A DNA stretch of 64,000 bases from Antechinus flavipes. Its lineage: Eukaryota. Position 1 is the first letter of the stretch, and every line of letters starts with the position of its first letter. Where the stretch lies: assembly GCF_016432865.1 (NCBI RefSeq), contig NC_067402.1:103044001-103108000 (forward strand), read 5' to 3'. Below, piece after piece: positions 11,154 to 21,959 of this stretch. The notes beneath the pieces were generated by a model that saw only the letters and a program-made list of their open reading frames with translations, was not told where the DNA came from and searched no databases. The translations under genes were made by a program, and so were the position numbers.

Positions 11154-14100
11154 GGATAGGGCTTTCTAATTGGTTGCCAATTTAAATTACTAAAGATTTC
11201 AACCCAATAAACATCTGAAGTCAGAAGAATTGTATTTGAATACTGACTTTGTCACTTCCTCAGTGATTTTGAGTGGTGGATGAGTTTCCTCATCTGTAAA
11301 ATGATATCTAGAGGATCTCTGGGATCTTTTTTATTTCTAAATCTATGATCTACCCTTTTGCCCATTTTCATCTAATTAGTAGAAGTGAGAAGGGACTATT
11401 TCCATTCTTTTCTTTGTTATTTCAGCACCTTGCATAGGATTGTACATGTTTTTTGTTTTATCTGGGTTTATGATTTTATTGAACTTCCCAGATAAGGAAA
11501 ACCCCTTTTCTAGGGCAAATCTGCAACAATTCTGAATAGCTAATCTCAGTGCTCTGTGACATGGATATATTAGCTGACTTATCCAGGCTCATACAGCCAG
11601 GATGTGTTCTAGGTATTTGAATCCAGGTCTCCAAGATCACGAGGAGGGCTCTCTGTCCAGTCTTTGCTAAGCCACTGTGCCTCTTTTACCTAGAAACTAC
11701 TTAATAAATGATTACTAAATGGAATTGGAGGATAGAATGGGGGCCCATTTCCTCCATGATTCTCACAGCTCTACTCTAACCTCAAGGAGCAGCCAAGGAA
11801 ATAAGATGCTGACAGCATCTGACAGCCAGTGGAGTGCTCACTTACCCTTCAGAAATGGACCTACCTTTTCCGCCTGAAGTCCTGGAAGCCAGCCTTAAAT
11901 ACCTTCTATGATTCATAGAGTCAGCCCTGGCTCTGTCCCCAGCCCCCAAGGTCTTGGGCATCTATTTTAGACTCATTGGCCCGGGGCTGGTGGGGACATT
12001 AGGCAGAAGCCTCTGTCACAGAGACTTCTCTGGAGGCATCCCGGGGATGCAGGTGACCCAAGTTGGGTCTGTTTCCTGCTCAAAGTTGCTCTTGGTACCC
12101 CCTCACCTGCCCATCTTTCTAGGTTCCTAAACAGTTTTTAAGCCTTTTTAGAACAAATATTCTAAATGTGGAGTCCATGACCTTGTCATGAATATGTTTT
12201 GGTACTTATCTTTCTCCTTTGGAAACCTATACACTGTATTTTATGCATTTAAAAACATTTTTGAGAAGGACCCACAGGTTTCATCAGACTGGTTCCATGT
12301 TACAAAAATTATTCAGAACCCGTGACCTTGAAACTTCCCTGTACTAATAACTATGGAGGCTGAGATTTTTGCTCTTCAACAGCTGTAGGCAGAAGAAAAG
12401 CTGTTTAAGGATCTGTGGGACTAGAAAGGGAGAACCAGGCGAGCTATTTCCCACCGTAAAAAGAAGATTATTTCTATGATTTCTGCCTCTGAATATGGTT
12501 TAATCATGACATAAAAATAACCCTAAATAGACATATTAGTAAAAAGAAAAAATAGGTGTCTTATTCACCTACTGGCCGTGACTCTGGGGGAAAAATATTT
12601 ACCTTTTAACATCTGCATTGCATTTAGAAAATCTTGAGCCAAGTTTTCTTAGTATTTGAACGGCTCTACCTTGACATAAGTAGCACTGCATTCTTGCTTT
12701 TCTCAGATTAGCTTCTTGTTTGAAATAGTAATCATAAAAGGGGAAGCCCCAGGCAATCTCAATAATTGGATCCTCGGCATCCCCTTTCCTCCGGGAAGCC
12801 ATTCAATACAATGGTTATGGAACTCGTAGACTGATTCTCCAACCTGAGGGTTGGAGACTTGGGCTGATAAAACCCTCAGAATTGGAAGAGAGCCTCCCTC
12901 TCAACTCCTCCTCTATCAGGAACTTGAAAAAGGAGAGAACTTTTGTCCTTTCATGTCTTTGCAAGGGATGTGGTTTCCAGCTTTGGAAGCGGGGAGGGGG
13001 ACACTGGTGAGCCCGATTCTCTCATATTTTCAAGGACTTTTAAATTCAGCTCTGGAGCCAAAGATGTTCTGAGTGCATGTAAATAAAGCCTTCCCTTGTC
13101 TCCTAGCTCCTGGTACCTTTGCCCTACCCACCCAATCCTCTGCTCCTCCAGCACAGAAGGATGAAGTTGCTCCCTCAAATCCCCCCCATAGCAATTGACC
13201 CCTGATTCTTATCTTTAAGTCAATGCCCTAACTATTAAACTATGTTTCCTTGCATTACTAAATCCCCATGAGCCACCCAATCTTTAAGAAAGCTTTTTTC
13301 CAACTTATATCCCGAGGAAGCACAGCTGAATACAAAGACATTTAGAGCCTCTTGCCCTATTTAGTAAGTTTCCTTACTGTAATCAGGCCCTTAAAAAACA
13401 AGCAGGCATTTCGACATTAAGCTGTGGGAACATCCAGAATGAAGTCATTTCCTTTACTACCCGAAAGTACTGAGCCATGAGAGGTTGTCCTTCTGTGATC
13501 TTGAGCAATTCAAGGCAACAAATATTTACTAAACACCTACTGTGTGCTGGAACTGAAAAAGGAAATTAAAATCTCAGATGAACATAATAATAATCTACAT
13601 TTATATTATGCTTTGCATTTTTTTTTACCTTGCCCTTTTCTCGTAAGGCTAATGGGGCTGGAGGAAGAAGTTCATCACCTACAATATGTAGTATATCAAA
13701 GAGACTATTTCCATCTCCACGGATTTTTGATTTGTGGATAGAATACTAGCTTTAGAGAAACAAAAACCTGAGTTCAAAATCTGCCTTACTTCTATGTGAC
13801 TTTGGTCAAGTTACTTCATTTCTCTGCCCCAGTTTCTTCATCTGAAAACTAGAGATAATAAGAGCCCTTACCTTAGAGAGTTGTTGTAAGTATAAAATGA
13901 GATGAGGCACAAAAAATATTCTGCAAACCTTAGAGTTCTGTGCAAATGCTAGCATTTATTATTACATTCTCTTCATTGAAAGATGGAGACATTTGTTAAA
14001 ACTGAGCTAAGAGTAGGGTGTACAAAAATAGGAAAACAAGACAGTCCCTACTCTCAAGGAATTTACATTTTAATAAGGGGGAGCTGAGAGCTGGAAGTGT

Positions 14101-14816
14101 GGCTCTGGGCAAAGGGGGGTGGGTAGAGGAGGCAGAAGTGTACAGGGAGACCTATTTGGGGGTGAGCTTAAGGCTGGCTATTCCCAAAATCTGGAAGTTC
14201 GAGGCAGAGATTGCCCAGGTGGTTAGTGTAGGGTGGGAACAGACTGGATCAGACATAGAAATGGTCAACAGTTGGCTGAGTTTCAGTCAAGATTCACTTA
14301 TATTTTATATTGTGCTATACCATCATGCGCCATGTCTGGAAATCCTGGCAATTGAGGCAGATTTATTTTGGTTGTGAATAAGGGGAGACCGTCCCCAGAA
14401 AATCTGGCCTCTGACCCCACAGTGTAGGGGAAAGGGAAGGGGGAAAAAAGGCAACCAGGATAGACAATTTATTTATGGAGATCGTTGCAGGGAGAGAAGG
14501 AACAACCCATCTCCTCTTTCCTCTTCCCCTAGTTGCGCTGATTAGCATCCTCAGCCTTCCAAAGGGAAGGTGTGTCTGTATCTGTCCTGGGCAATTCACT
14601 TAACCTCTCTGTATTCTAGGCAACTCTAAAACAAGGGGCCAGCTGCGTGGGCAAAGGAAGCTTCCTCACTGGAGTTCTCTGTACCCACGAAACCCCTGGT
14701 TCAGCTCTTGTCTCCCTCACTCCATCACAGCATTGTCCTGAGGATGAACAGGTTCCAAATGCCTACTACGTGCAATTAGCACCTTCTGCAAAGCGTTCTG
14801 TGAATAAGTACTTTAC

Positions 14817-14947
14817 CTGTTCTTCAGCTTGCTTGTCCCGGAGAGCAATCACATTCCCAATGACTTTGCTAAGGAAGGCATTCGCTTCATCTCTGTTTTT
14901 ATTGGGCAAAACTCGGGCCAATGGGATCATAATGGATGGAAATGACA
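14817..14947 (-). CDS. TBXAS1: TBXAS1 exon 8 equivalent (131 nt; TG + [43 protein letters not shown])
   Basis: Matches human [43 protein letters not shown]. Acceptor ctctcttaAG at 14948-49, donor GTAAAG at 14811-16. Confidence 0.97.
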
Positions 14948-15003
14948 CTTAAGAGAGAAAAAACAAAGGGAGCCATGAAAAGGGGGATGACAAAGAGGGA
15001 TGT

Positions 15004-15313
15004 TCAAATCATTACATAGACTTCCCAATCCCTCTATTTCTGTCCATCTGCATTTTTGATTTCCTTCACAGGTTAATTGTACAATATTTCAGAGTCTGAT
15101 TCTTTTTGTGCAGCAAAATAACTGTTAAGACATATATACTTATGTTGTATTTAACTTATACTTCAACATATTTAACATGTATTGGTCAACCTGCCATTGG
15201 GGGAGAGGAGATGGGGAAAGGAGGGGAAAAATTGGAACAAAAGGTTTGACAATTGTCAATGCTGAAAAATTACCCATGCATATAACTTGTAAATAAAAAG
15301 CTATAATAATAAA
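15004..15313 (+). mobile_element. 5'-truncated young L1 3' end, same subfamily as 1887-2291
   Basis: High identity to the 1995-2291 segment, A-rich tail, perfect 12-bp TSD aaagagggatgt at 14992-15003 and 15314-15325. Confidence 0.9.
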
Positions 15314-16730
15314 AAAGAGGGATGTCCAAGATGCCTGAAAGTCGATTATAGCCTTGTACTGTATCAACAGAAGGGTCAGCAGAGCTTCTTTAGTGCTTAA
15401 ATAAAAGTTACTGAATTTCACTAGATAAATAAGAATTGCATTTGGAAGTCAGAACATATTGTAGTAAAGTAGAGAAAAGCTCTGGAGTCAGACTCAGATT
15501 CAAATCCTATCACTGATTTCTTTTTAGGTGGCCTTTGTGTCAACTCGGTGGGAGTAATGGATAGAGTGATGGACTTGAGTCAGGAAGACCTGAGTTTTAA
15601 ATTCAGCCTCAGATACTAGTTAGATGATCTTGGACAAGTTACTTGTCTGCCTCAGTTTCCTCATGTGTAAAATGGGACAAAAATAGAACCTCCCTCCCAG
15701 GGTTGTTGTGAGGTTACCTCCTCTGCAACCTCACTTTCCTCATTTGTAAAATTCACCAGGTGTTCTCCAAATGATACTTGTCTTATCTCCCCCACAGAGC
15801 TCTTGGGAAGAAACCTGAAAATGTTTTGTAAATGCGAGCTTTCTTATTATTGCTGCAGTGACAGAAAGGTGACTGGGCTGGCCTTGGGCACTCTAGAGCA
15901 CTCTGGTTAATGAGGCAGGTCCAAGTCAAGTTCCAAATGTGAACTCAGGCTTGGTCATATCCTGAGGGTGAGGGAAGTGCCAGGAGTAGGGCAGAGGCAG
16001 GTCCCACGACTTCCTCTCACCTAAAACTTTAGTGGGGAGGCTGCTGTAAATGGCGACAGTTCCACAGAAAAATGTGAACTCAAAAAAATATGAATTGAAC
16101 TAAGACATGTATGAAATTGATCAGAATGGACAGAACTGCCAGTAATGGAAAGAGAAATAAGATATTTTAATGTTACTATAAAAGGGTAGGAGATTGAAAG
16201 GGGGAAGAGGGGAGGGAATAAGAAATAAATTTTAAAATAAAAATCAATAAAAATACACCTAACCCTTTACACAGCAGGAGATCCATTTCTCACCCTATTT
16301 GTCTTCTAATAAAAATGGTGGCTTAGAAATCCACACAAGTCCTGCTTCAATGTTTCATGGTGTAAAGGTGACCCTGGGATTTTTGAGAGAACCAAGTTCT
16401 TGGAATTCTTACCATGGTATAAAGGCTTCAAGAATTAGATCACTGATGGATTTCTATGCCCATTGTTCAAAGACTGACCTCACTAATTCAGAAAGGTTTG
16501 TCACCAACCAGATTGGTCACATACCAGTGTTCCTTTTGGTCATCAGACCTCATCTATTAAGTCAAAAAAGGCTGATATCTCGATCAGGATCTTCACTGAT
16601 GAAATTATAGATTTTTGAAATATTAAAGTCATCCCATGAGGTGGAGGAGAAAAAGCAAAACTAAGAAAACATAGCATGGGATTCTGGTCCCTCTTTGTTA
16701 TTTATTAGCAATGTGACCTTGGGTCTAGGT

Positions 16731-16731
16731 G

Positions 16732-16772
<41 letters not shown>
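16731..16772. repeat. (CT)n microsatellite
   Basis: Direct reading; one interruption. Confidence 0.95.
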
Positions 16773-16778
<6 letters not shown>

Positions 16779-17089
16779 TGGTTTATTTTTATTTTATTTT
16801 ATTTTTTACCAATTTTAATAGTTGGGATTGTGTTTTCCTCATTTGTAAAAAGGGGAAGGAATTTAGAATAATTGAATTTTAAGGGTTCTTCTAGGACTTC
16901 AAGATTTTACCCAGAAAGTGGGTTTTAAAGGATTTTGCAGGGCTACACCTTAGGAACAACAAAAGAATAATATGTTTGAAAACACAGAGCAGAATATGTG
17001 CAAAAGATCTGCTTGGCTGGATTGAGGAGAATCATAAGAAATGAAATCAGGGAGAAAAGAAGGATTCTACTATAAACTGAATTCCAGGA

Positions 17090-17290
17090 CAGTGGATAGA
17101 GCCACAGGCTTGGAGTCTTTCTGATTTCAAATCAGGCCTCAGACATTGACCGGCTCTGAACTAGTCATTTACCCTGTTGGGCTCTGTTTCCCCATCTGTA
17201 AAACAAATTGGAGAAGGAAATGGCAAACCATTCCAGTGTCTTTGCCAAGAAAACCCTAAATGAGGTCAGAAAGATACTGCTGAAAAGGGA
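17090..17290 (+). mobile_element. Mar1 CORE-SINE
   Basis: gtggatagagc head; ggagaaggaaatggcaaaccattccagtgtctttgccaagaaaacc tail. Confidence 0.85.
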
Positions 17291-17639
17291 CTAAACAACA
17301 GAGCTGATATTTACCACTCACAAAGATTTGCTTTTGAATATTTAAAGTAATATAGAATGGGAAGAGGGGAGTTAAGTAGAAAATCATGTTCACAAAGATA
17401 AATGAAAGGCTTTATTCTTTATCGTTCATCCGAAAACAACTGAAAATCACTGAAACAGCAACTTCTTCATTCCAGGTCCATGTAATCTGACCCCTGCTAT
17501 GAGTTTCTTGGGAAGAAGATAGCCATTTTAATGACCAGATAGGATTGAAGAGAAAGGCTTATTTCCTTGGAAAACTTGGGTAGGACAAGAGAATCACAGA
17601 CTTCAGAAGCCATGTAACCTCCCATTTACTCTATATATA

Positions 17640-17640
<1 letters not shown>

Positions 17641-17707
<67 letters not shown>
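17641..17707. repeat. Compound (TACA)(CA)20(TA)n microsatellite
   Basis: CA run 17651-17690, TA run 17691-17707. Confidence 0.97.
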
Positions 17708-17819
17708 GAAATTATTTTAGACTGTGAGATGCTTGAGGGAAGGAGCCTTGCTTTTGCCTTTCTTGTATCTCCAGCCTCTCACACAGAGTTGGAAAAGCAG
17801 TAAGCATTTAATAAATATT

Positions 17820-17830
17820 TGCTGACTCAT
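17820..17830 (+). promoter_or_regulatory. NF-E2/MARE consensus TGCTGACTCAT (candidate)
   Basis: Exact match to TGCTGA(G/C)TCA(T/C), but it sits in an L2-type tail (aataaatatttg). Confidence 0.3.
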
Positions 17831-18253
17831 TGGATGAGCATCCCTTCTATGATATTCCCTCAAAGAGAGATCATCCAACCTTGGCCAGAAGATTCTTGAT
17901 AATGCCCATCTTGCATTTCTGGATGGCCCTATCATTAGGAAATTTCTCTTTGAGTCAAAACTAAATTTGCTGCTGAGAAATTTCCATCCATGATGCCCTA
18001 TTCTAAGTCTCTGGAGCTAAATCTAATCCCTTTTCTGAAAATATGAAGAGAGTGTTTCCTTCCCATTTTTTCTCCTGATTTTCCCATTCCCAGTTCTTTC
18101 AGCTGTCCCTCAGATATTTTCCAGGTCGTCTGTGCACTTCTCCAAGAGATATAGGAACCATCCTAAATCCAGTCATCCTAAAAAGTGCCCTCTGAAGCAT
18201 TCCTGTATCCCCTTTATGGAATTCATCTTACCCTCTCCAGAAATTATACTTAC

Positions 18254-18402
18254 AGATTAAAATCACAAAAAATCTAGGAAAGGAGACTTTAAAGAAACGC
18301 CTGCAGTGTTTCACAAAAGGGTCATCTGGGGTCTTCTGAGAGTCCACTTGGAAGCCAAAGGCCACACTGGCAACCACGTCAAGAGTGTAACAGCCATAGC
18401 AC
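18254..18402 (-). CDS. TBXAS1: TBXAS1 exon 7 equivalent (149 nt; G + CYGCYTLDVVASVAFGFQVDSQKTPDDPFVKHCRRFFKVSFPRFFVILI + T)
   Basis: E-helix DVVASVAFG motif as in human TXAS. Acceptor ctgcAG at 18403-04, donor GTAAGT at 18248-53. Phase 2 in and phase 1 out fit the neighbouring exons. Confidence 0.97.
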
Positions 18403-19599
18403 CTGCAGAGTAAGACATTCATGCACAAGGAAAATGGGACTTTTACACACTCAGCTGCTTCCATACCAGCCAACTTCCAACCTCCCTGGTCGAGTTAATG
18501 CTGTATAAAACCCTCTGCTAAGACTCACAAACTTTCATAACCTTTCCCCTCAACAAGGACTCTAATACTTGTAAAGAGCTAGGAGAAAAAGCAGCAATAA
18601 GAGATCTCTCTTCACACTGTAGCATAAACCAGAAAAAGCCCCAAGAACATATGGATAATATTATGAAAAACATACGATTGTCTAGAAATAGATAAAAGGG
18701 GACGCTTCCCTTTCCAGAGTCCTGCAGAAAATATCAGTATTTGGCTGGATTCTCCCACTCAATTGGCCATTAAAAATTTCCCCCCCAGCCATCTCTACTA
18801 ATGAGTTCTGCATAAGCCATCAGGAGAATCTGGTCTGGTGGTAAAATGTCTGAAAACACCTGTGCTTGGTTTATGTCTTTCTTGATGAAAAGGCTTGATT
18901 CAATGCTCCCATGTAGGTGCACACTTTGTGTTTTCTGTGTCAAATATTTAGAGTAAAATAACACTTCATTTATATGACATCCTCTTGGGGAAATGAGGTG
19001 TTCCACATTTTTCCAGACAGCCAAAGATTTAGGGAACAATCATTTTAGTGCCGCATTGTATTCAGTTGAACCGTTTTTGACTCTTTCTAAAATGTGTCAC
19101 TGTTTTAGTAAATAGAATATATTAAATTTAATTTACCTTTTGTAGCAAGGGACTCTTGCTTCAGCTCAATCAATCAATTAGTAAGCATTTATTAAGAACT
19201 TGCCATATGCCAAACACAATAATAAGCACTGAAGGTGCAGAGAAAGGCCAAAAAAGTCCCTTCCACCAAGAGCTTGCACCTTAATTGGGAAGAGGTATAC
19301 ATAAATAGGTATGTACAAGATACCTAATAATAATTATTAATAATAATTAGCATTATGTAGCACTTTAAGGTTTGCAAAGTGCTTTATAAATAATATCTCA
19401 TTTTGGATAGTCATCTGGGAGGAGAAAACTGAGCAGATGGGGCAATTGGAAAAGGCTTCCTGTAGAAAGTGGCTTTTAAATTCAGTTTTGAATATTAGGT
19501 GACTTTTCAAGCCCCTTCCAGTGCTAAAATTCTTTCCTTTAGAAAAATTTATTCCAGCTCATTATAAACATTATTTATAATTTGAGTCTGTAATGCAGT

Positions 19600-19810
19600 G
19601 ATGCTGACAGAGATTACTAGAAAGTAGAGGTATCAAGCTGCCTGCAACACTCCTGAGGTTGGCTGGACCAGAATAAAATGTACTTGGAAACATTTAACAA
19701 AATAAATAAAAATATAATAGAACATAAATGATGGAAATATGTGGTTTTTATGTTAATATGGACCCTATCCAGATCCTTTTGTGCCCTTTTTGTGGTCCCC
19801 ATTTCTAGTG
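19600..19810 (-). mobile_element. L3/CR1 fragment
   Basis: Minus ORF with YILFWS and QLDTS resembles CR1 RT C-terminal YCVQFW. Confidence 0.5.
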
Positions 19811-20487
19811 GAGTTTGACACTCCTGTTGAGTGACCAGGAGTCAATGGCTCCAGATAATGGACTCTTGACTATTTTGTCCCCTTCCATAAAAGGGCTACA
19901 GGGGTTAGACAGACAGAAATATATACTACAGATACTTTCATCTCTTCTCTCCCTGGCATTTGTCATTTTCCAGTGGCTGTACTTCTAATCTACTCTACAC
20001 TGAAATTTAGGGTTGCCAGGGGAAACAGAAAGTAAGGTTGTTAAATCACTAACTTTAATTGGATGGCCTAAGGGTAACTCTACAAATCTCGGATAGAGTG
20101 AATTGTAGAGATTTTGATGGCTGTTACTCAATGCTTTGAGGTGTTCCTTCATTTCTTCTGGGTTCTAGATTCTGTTCCAGACGGCTGAAAGGGTTTGAAA
20201 TCTCCAAACCGGTCCATCTGAGACTCGCTGCCCAAATGGGCAGTCGGGTTCCTGTCCCCCTCCCCCGTCCCCACTTTGGACAAACTCCACTTTCTAACTT
20301 GATGGACTGTTTTCCCATAGGTCAACCTAGCCAGCCGTTTCGTCATTTCTCATGGCTCTTTTTGAACTTGCAATCCTTCTGCACTTTGCTGGTCGTGAGG
20401 TAATTGTCCAACAATTATGCACAGTTACAAGAAGTGGCTATTCATTTGGAGAACAGTTATTTTTCGTCCCCCATAGACTGACCTTAC

Positions 20488-20576
20488 CTCTGGATATCAA
20501 AAGCTTCCCCAGACTCTGCATAAGGCTTCAAGTGAGTCAATAGAAGATCACAGGCTTGGCTGATTAAGGGAATCAC
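20488..20576 (-). CDS. TBXAS1: TBXAS1 exon 6 equivalent (89 nt; [29 protein letters not shown] + AG)
   Basis: Matches human [30 protein letters not shown]. Acceptor ttctttttcAG at 20577-78, donor GTAAGG at 20482-87, ends in phase 2. Confidence 0.97.
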
Positions 20577-21035
20577 CTGAAAAAGAAGAAAATCAACGAT
20601 AATTAAGCACTCTGTACGGTGAATGGACCTAAATTAGCCACGAATGAAGAGGTCTGTAGTGCTCCCTACATTGACTGTTATTTTCAAGTATGTAATTGCA
20701 AAGCAGAATTCTTTCAGCAAAGGTCTAATACATGACCTCCTTGGAATAAGGATTTTTTCTTCTCTTTCTTTCATTTCCCCCTTTCTTTTTCTCTTTTTCC
20801 TTTTTTTTTTTTATCCCTTTGTCTCTCTTCTCTTTTATTCTCCTGGGCTAATATTAGGATGGTGGAATGCAAGCTTTGACAGATTCTATCAGATCAGAAA
20901 GGATTCTAGGATGCTCTTGGTCCATACTATGCTAGGACCACAGGTGCAAAAAGTCTCATTAATGCAAAGTTGGGCCCCAAGTGAGGATTTGTTTTTTTTC
21001 TGCCCTCAGTAACTCATGAAACCTAGAAGGTAGTA

Positions 21036-21340
21036 GCTGGTTGGGATTGTGTAGCCCTAAATTCCTAGCTCCCAGAGAAGCTGAGCTCTGGAATTCTGAG
21101 CTGCAATGGCCTAGGCCGATTAAGCAAACACATGAAATTGGGTATCAATATGGTGAGATCCTAGGAACAAGGGGCTATCAGGTTGTGTAAGAAGGGTTAA
21201 ACTGGTTCAGGTCAGAAAACAAGAAGGTCCAAGTTCCAGAGTTAATCTGTAATAGGGTCACTCCATAGGAAGTAGCTCAAATTTCAATCTGAGCAAGATG
21301 GAGGAGATCCAGTCATTAAAAAAACAAAATAAAACAAAAA
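21036..21340 (+). pseudogene. Decayed near full-length 7SL (SRP) RNA retrocopy with A-rich tail
   Basis: tatcaatatggtgagatcctaggaacaaggggctatcaggttgtgtaagaagggttaaactggttcaggtcagaaa aligns to the 7SL S-domain catcaatatggtgacctcccgggagcgggggaccaccaggttgcctaaggaggggtgaaccggcccaggtcggaaa. Alu-domain 5' and 3' parts are recognisable, followed by an A-tail at about 21317-21340. Confidence 0.85.
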
Positions 21341-21504
21341 CACAGGATCACTATGATCTGCCTTAATTTTGGGAGCACTCACACCTATGACTCTTTGAAA
21401 GATGCAACAAATTCAATTAACTTTTATTAAGGGCCAAATATATGTAAGCCACTGTGCTAAGACCAGGGATTACAAAACAAAGGCAAAAAAAAAGAGTTCT
21501 TGAA

Positions 21505-21645
21505 GCAGTTAAGTAGCTCAGCGAATAGATTGTTGGTCCTGAGGTCAAAGGACCTGGGCTGAAATCTGGTCTTTGATACTTGACACTTACTAGCTATATG
21601 ATCCTGAACAAATCACTTAATCTCAATTGCCTTGTAAAAAAATAA
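21505..21645 (+). mobile_element. WSINE1 CORE-SINE
   Basis: gcagttaagtagctcagcgaatagat head, cttaatctcaattgcct core end, A-tail. Confidence 0.8.
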
Positions 21646-21959
21646 AAATAATAAATAGTTCTATAATAATGTTATATGTAATGATAATTACTTAAAAACA
21701 ATAACAAGTAATTAAAATTATGCATAATTCTAGTAACAATGATAACATAATAGTAATATCAAAAAATGATGATGATGATAGAAATGATGATTTCAATAAA
21801 CAAATACTGGGCTATTTTCTATCTGAACAACATGAGAAAATATAAGAATGAGGCAAATGATGATGATGCTAATGGAGTAATAGCAGAGGAGTGACTTGTT
21901 CCAGGGAGGTTTCTATTTGCATTCCTTGAAACAAGAGCAGAAGAATGATTTTTCTGAAA

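Noticed and set aside
1995-15313. Two similar L1-tail copies seeming to share a 5' start, suggesting a new SINE
   Set aside because: The first copy extends about 110 bp further 5' (to 1887), and each has its own TSD. They are ordinary independent truncations.
20500-20515. Possible frameshift in the exon 6 G-run
   Set aside because: The run has four bases (GGG GAA), so the frame is intact and the exon is 89 nt.
21048-21344. TGTGT...ACACA ends with GGAT flanks read as a short solo LTR
   Set aside because: The interior aligns to 7SL RNA, which begins upstream of the supposed end, and finishes in an A-tail. The flanks are coincidental.
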